The notes under the pieces: generated by a model | Databases searched by the model: none | Told to the model about the DNA's origin: nothing | What the model saw: only the letters and a program-made list of their open reading frames with translations | Shown: piece after piece, positions 59,991 through 64,000 of the stretch | How positions within the stretch are numbered: the first letter of the stretch is position 1 | How the letters are laid out: every line of letters starts with the position of its first letter | Assembly (NCBI RefSeq): GCF_036321535.1 | Contig: NC_087438.1 | Span: 109,678,001-109,742,000 of the forward strand | DNA from: Camelus dromedarius | Lineage: Eukaryota | Length of the DNA stretch: 64,000 nt | Direction of reading: 5' to 3' | Position numbers and translations under genes: made by a program

Positions 59991-62199
59991 AAACACAATG
60001 GGAAAAGTCCACATTTGGAGTAACCTGGAAATGTATGGCTGCCCTCCAGAAGAAGAGGCACTGGAAAAGAGAGAGCTCTCAGTCCGGCATCTTTAGGGTG
60101 CAAGGAATAGAGATTCTCTGTTTTCCTCATCTTTTCTTGAATAGGTGAAGATCCCAGGATCCCAGAAGAGCTACAATGCAAATCTTGGGAAAGGCAGGGA
60201 AGCCCCTCCCTCATCTCAGTCTCTTTCCCTCACTGGGTCTATGGTTCTCTCTCTGTATCTGGTCTAATATCCTGTCTTTCCTAAAAAGCTTCCTTCCTTT
60301 GCTTACTCATCTTGCTCTGCCCCCAAATGGCTGCTCCTGCCCCGACTGCATAGCCCTCCAGCTCAGCAGCCTGTAGTTAAGTGGTACCAGTCTCTAGGCT
60401 ACTCAGTTTTCAGTTTCAGATGCCCAGGGGTGGACTCCTGTGGTCGGGAACTGAGGGAAGCTGCCTGAGCAGGGCTGTGGCAGGGAACAGATTCCCCGAG
60501 GGAAAGATGTGGGTAGGCTAAGTGAACAAGTTTGAGATTAAATCAAGTAATGAGCAGTTAAGTCCTTGGGAGATATTTAAAGAAGTAAAGTTTTAAAGGG
60601 GACTTGAGAGCCTCCTTAATTGTTTGGAAGAGTTATCTAATGGACAAGAAGATCTATTTTTTCCACTTAGTTCCAGAGAGTCTAGTAAGAACCAGTAAGT
60701 GGCAAGTGAAGTAAGATGCTGAGCATATGAGGAAGGACAGGCTCTAATAATAATGGTCCCCAATTGGACTACGTTTTGAGGTCATGAGTTTCCTTGATGG
60801 GAAGTGTTGAACAGAACTTGGGTGAGCTCTTTTGATGGGACCTTTGTGCATGTGGAAAAGTCTGGATCAGATGACCTTGAGAAGTCTTTTCCAACATTTG
60901 CAATTCCAAGGATTTACTTTTAAGGGTTTCTTCTCAACCACATTCACAAAACATCTAAGCAAACACATGTGCACTTCTGACTTCAACACCTGGCATGTGG
61001 TATTTGCGCAGCGGAGGAGCACTTTCTGATTTGTGTCTCCCAATTTGATTGCAGTTTCATCGGAGGCTACTTAGCCATCTGGCTGCTACTCCGTCCTGTC
61101 TCCTGGAGTGCTTGTAGCTTTCAGCTAGGTTTGGTAGTCTTGGGCTCGTTTCATTTTCTAAGCAGCTAAGCAATTATAACACAGGAAGCAAGAGCAAGGC
61201 TGATGACAAAGCCGCCCTACTTGGAGTGAGAGCAGGAAAAAAAAGCTCGGCTGCCTGGGAAGACTGTACTAGTGATTTTGAATCACCGAATTCATTGCTA
61301 ACTAACATTGTAATTAGAGTTACACCACGAAAGCTGAGATTTAGGAGACCATATGGTCTGCTGTTTGGAGAGAGGGAGAGAACGTTCCAACCTTGGAGGA
61401 TGGAGTTGCCGGGGCTCCTGCACATGACCTTGCACTGCACTTGACTTCTTTGTGTTTCAATCTCCTCCGTGATGGATGGCAAATGCTGTGCTGAAAAAAC
61501 ACAGATGTTTTCCAAGACCTTGGCAGAATGGGCTCCCTCCAGTCTCTGGCTTGAATCCAGCAGCACCAGGTCTGTGGACATTGACAGAGGGCCTGTTAAA
61601 TGCAAGGGACTGTTAGTCCCTGTAGATTAAAAGTATATGGCATCTTCCTTTAAGGAGACTAGAATCTAATTGGAGGGCAAACATGAATTCTTGAACAGTT
61701 GAAATGACACGTCCAAAAACTTCAAAGTAGAGCAACCCTGGTGCTGAGAATTTTGAAGAATGGAGGGATCATTGTGACTCACAGTGACCCATGGACACTT
61801 CACTCTAGAGATGTTAGCTGGGCCTTGTGGGCTTGAATAGGTCCAAAGTACATTGAAGCTAAGAGAGCCGTTATGAGCAAGGCAAGTTGCTGAAAAGCCA
61901 AGGATCCTTCAGAGGGCCACGAGTCCACCAATATGACAAGAGCAGTCACATAGGATGTTAGGTTTAGCATTCTTTCCTAGTAGGCAAGGAATTAAATGAT
62001 TCAGTTTTATATCCTCAGCGTGTGTATCGAGCACTTTTTTTGTAAACTTTGAACACAGCATTTCAAAGACAGTTCTGTTCTGTGTTACTGCCTTTGACCT
62101 TGAGTTACCGACTTGTATCATTTATGGTAATCTCCTGACATGTGCCTTTTCTCTTGAGCCAGGAACCTGCCCCTTTGTCATACCCACCTGTGGGACCTG

Positions 62200-62560
62200 G
62201 CCTTTGACCTTGGGGGTCATGAGGAAACATTATCACCTCTTTTCTGTACCCTGGTCCTGATATTTGAGGTCTGCTACTACACCACCCCTGAATTTTGTCT
62301 CCTCTGAGGTGACCGTTTCGAATTCCTTTCCCTATTCCTCATAATGTGGCCCTCATCATTCTGGGTACCCCTTGTAAACATGAGCTCCTGTGCACACCAG
62401 TTCTGTGCAGTTTTATACCTTGTGGTAAGGTCACTGGGGCTCGGGACAACCTACATCTTTGATGACACCCTTCAATAAATGCAGTTATTTCTCTTAGGAA
62501 GAACTCTTAGTTTGTTGGAATTCTGTGAGCTGTGCACTTCTCTGGGGGACTGAAGCATAT
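62200..62560 (-). mobile_element. L3/CR1-like fragment
   Basis: cctttccctattcctcataatgtgg; catcattctgggtacccc resemble L3. Confidence 0.4.
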
Positions 62561-62739
62561 GTACCAGCGAGACAGAGAGCCTTTAAGAAATAGCTCCCTA
62601 TTTCCTGTCTTTTTTCACCTCCTGCCTGTTTACTGTAGAAAGGACACCCATGCAAAGACAGCACCCATTTCTATTGAACATTTACTTTCTAGATAATCTT
62701 CACTGTTCTGTTGGCATCTGCTTATGAAATGCTTTAGGC

Positions 62740-63085
62740 AAGTAGATCATTTGTTCATTTGCTCATTCACTGAACACCGTATATAAAAGACTTGTGCTAC
62801 AGATGCTGGTTCAGAGTTAAATCTGTGTCCTCAAGGAGGTTGCAGATGGTCTCCAAGGTGAGTGGAGGCAGTTCAGGGGGATAAATGCTAAAATGGGTAG
62901 AGTAGGGACACAAAGCAAGGAGTCCTGAAGTGGGCATTGCTGCGGGAGGCTGAGGGAACTATGACAAGAAGATCATAGTGACTGGATCATGTGCTCCTTG
63001 AGAGCAGGGTCAGTGCTTTGTTCATTCGTTTTAGCTTCTGCTCCCAGCACAGTGCCTAACAGTATACGTGCTCAATAAATATTTA
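62740..63085. mobile_element. two L2 3' fragments in opposite orientation
   Basis: cattcactgaacacc...(minus) and gagagcagggtcag...cccagcacagtgcctaac...gctcaataaatattt (plus). Confidence 0.65.
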
Positions 63086-63789
63086 TGGGATCAGCTGGAT
63101 GAGCTGCTGTCTTCCATAGAGTTGGAGCAGCTCTTCTCTGAAGCTGCATTCAGTAAGCAGAAGGTTGACGAGAAAGAACCCAAAGAGAATGCCCAGAATC
63201 ACTTGGAGTTTTGCCAAGAGGATGCAGAAAGAGTGCACCGAGTTGAGTTATTTAGCATGAAAAATGCCTTATCTTCCAGTAACTCCAGGTTTCAACTTGG
63301 AGCCTTCTCATCTCTGCTGGGAACTTGTGCTGGGCTTGGAGGCCATCTGTTTCCTAGCGTTTGGTCTTGGGGAAAGGAGAGAAGATGACCCTTTTTCTGT
63401 GAAATTCGTCCCACCTCTCTCCCCATGTGGGCTCTCCTCCCGCATCCCACAGGCCTCCTGCTCTCACTCTCTGGGTGGTGACAGCTGTCAAGATGCCAGT
63501 CAAAAGGCAGAGGCCCCAGCCCCTCAGCAGCTTGAGGCATTTGCAGATTATACAGCCATTGGGCAGATGCCCATCACCCTACACGGAGTTTGCGTCTCAT
63601 GCCCCTGAAGTAATTACCCAGAGTAATTACTGAAATATGTGCGAACCTTTAAAAGTACATTATTCCACTGATTCTCCTCTGAGATATTAGGGGAGGTGCC
63701 CTCACCCCCATTTATAAGAAAGAATCTATGAAGAGCTGACTTTCCCTAAGACTAAACTGTTAAGAGTGAAAAGTCAAACCCAGGGCTTT

Positions 63790-64000
63790 AGTTTTTATTA
63801 TTTTTTTTAAGAAATCAATGTTCTCTTGATTTTGAAAGTTACATGTTCCCTATAGAAAATCAGGATAGAAGAAAATTAAAATCATGACACAGGGATGGTT
63901 GCTGTTAACAGCTTGGGTTTTTTGCTGGCCTTTTTTTTCCTATGCCTAGATACGTTACAGTTATATACATATATACATTTTTATTGATGTTGAAATCCTG
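63790..64000 (-). mobile_element. L1ME4-like 3' fragment
   Basis: tagaaaatcaggatagaagaaaattaaaatcat...ctgttaacagcttggg. Confidence 0.45.

Noticed and set aside
63068-63388. 106-aa ORF with a globular-looking acidic stretch (WDQLDELLSSIELEQLF...)
   Set aside because: Starts at GTG inside an L2 3' tail, has no clear splice sites and matches no protein I recognise; a BLASTP/TBLASTN hit with conserved frame would reverse this
1-64000. CRISPR arrays, rRNA, snRNA/snoRNA, known miRNA hairpins, non-retroviral endogenous viral elements, CpG island promoter
   Set aside because: None recognised by eye; an Rfam/miRBase scan and BLASTX against viral proteins would be needed to exclude them formally

Overview
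Repeat-rich, non-coding mammalian DNA, very probably camelid: it carries four tRNA-Ala-derived SINEs of the camelid Vic-1 type plus artiodactyl-type L1 3' ends. I found no protein-coding exon or functional RNA gene that I can recognise. The supplied ORFs trace to L1 remnants, N-runs, low-complexity DNA or chance. The window is a mosaic of ancient MIR, L2 and L3/CR1 fragments, MaLR, ERVL and ERV1 solo LTRs, hAT MITEs (MER5, MER58A), older L1M/L1ME pieces and younger 5'-truncated L1s, several with clear target-site duplications (TSDs). It looks intergenic or deep intronic. Repeat family names come from my recall of consensus sequences, not a database search, and most repeat boundaries are approximate. 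The best observations are: two L1 3' ends inside a single perfect 17-bp TSD, extra 5' leaders inside SINE TSDs, a (GGGCGT)4 EGR/G-quadruplex repeat, an AT-rich block fused to a 3'-truncated L1 with exon-like signals, and several repeat-free candidate enhancers. I found no evidence of a novel multi-gene system.
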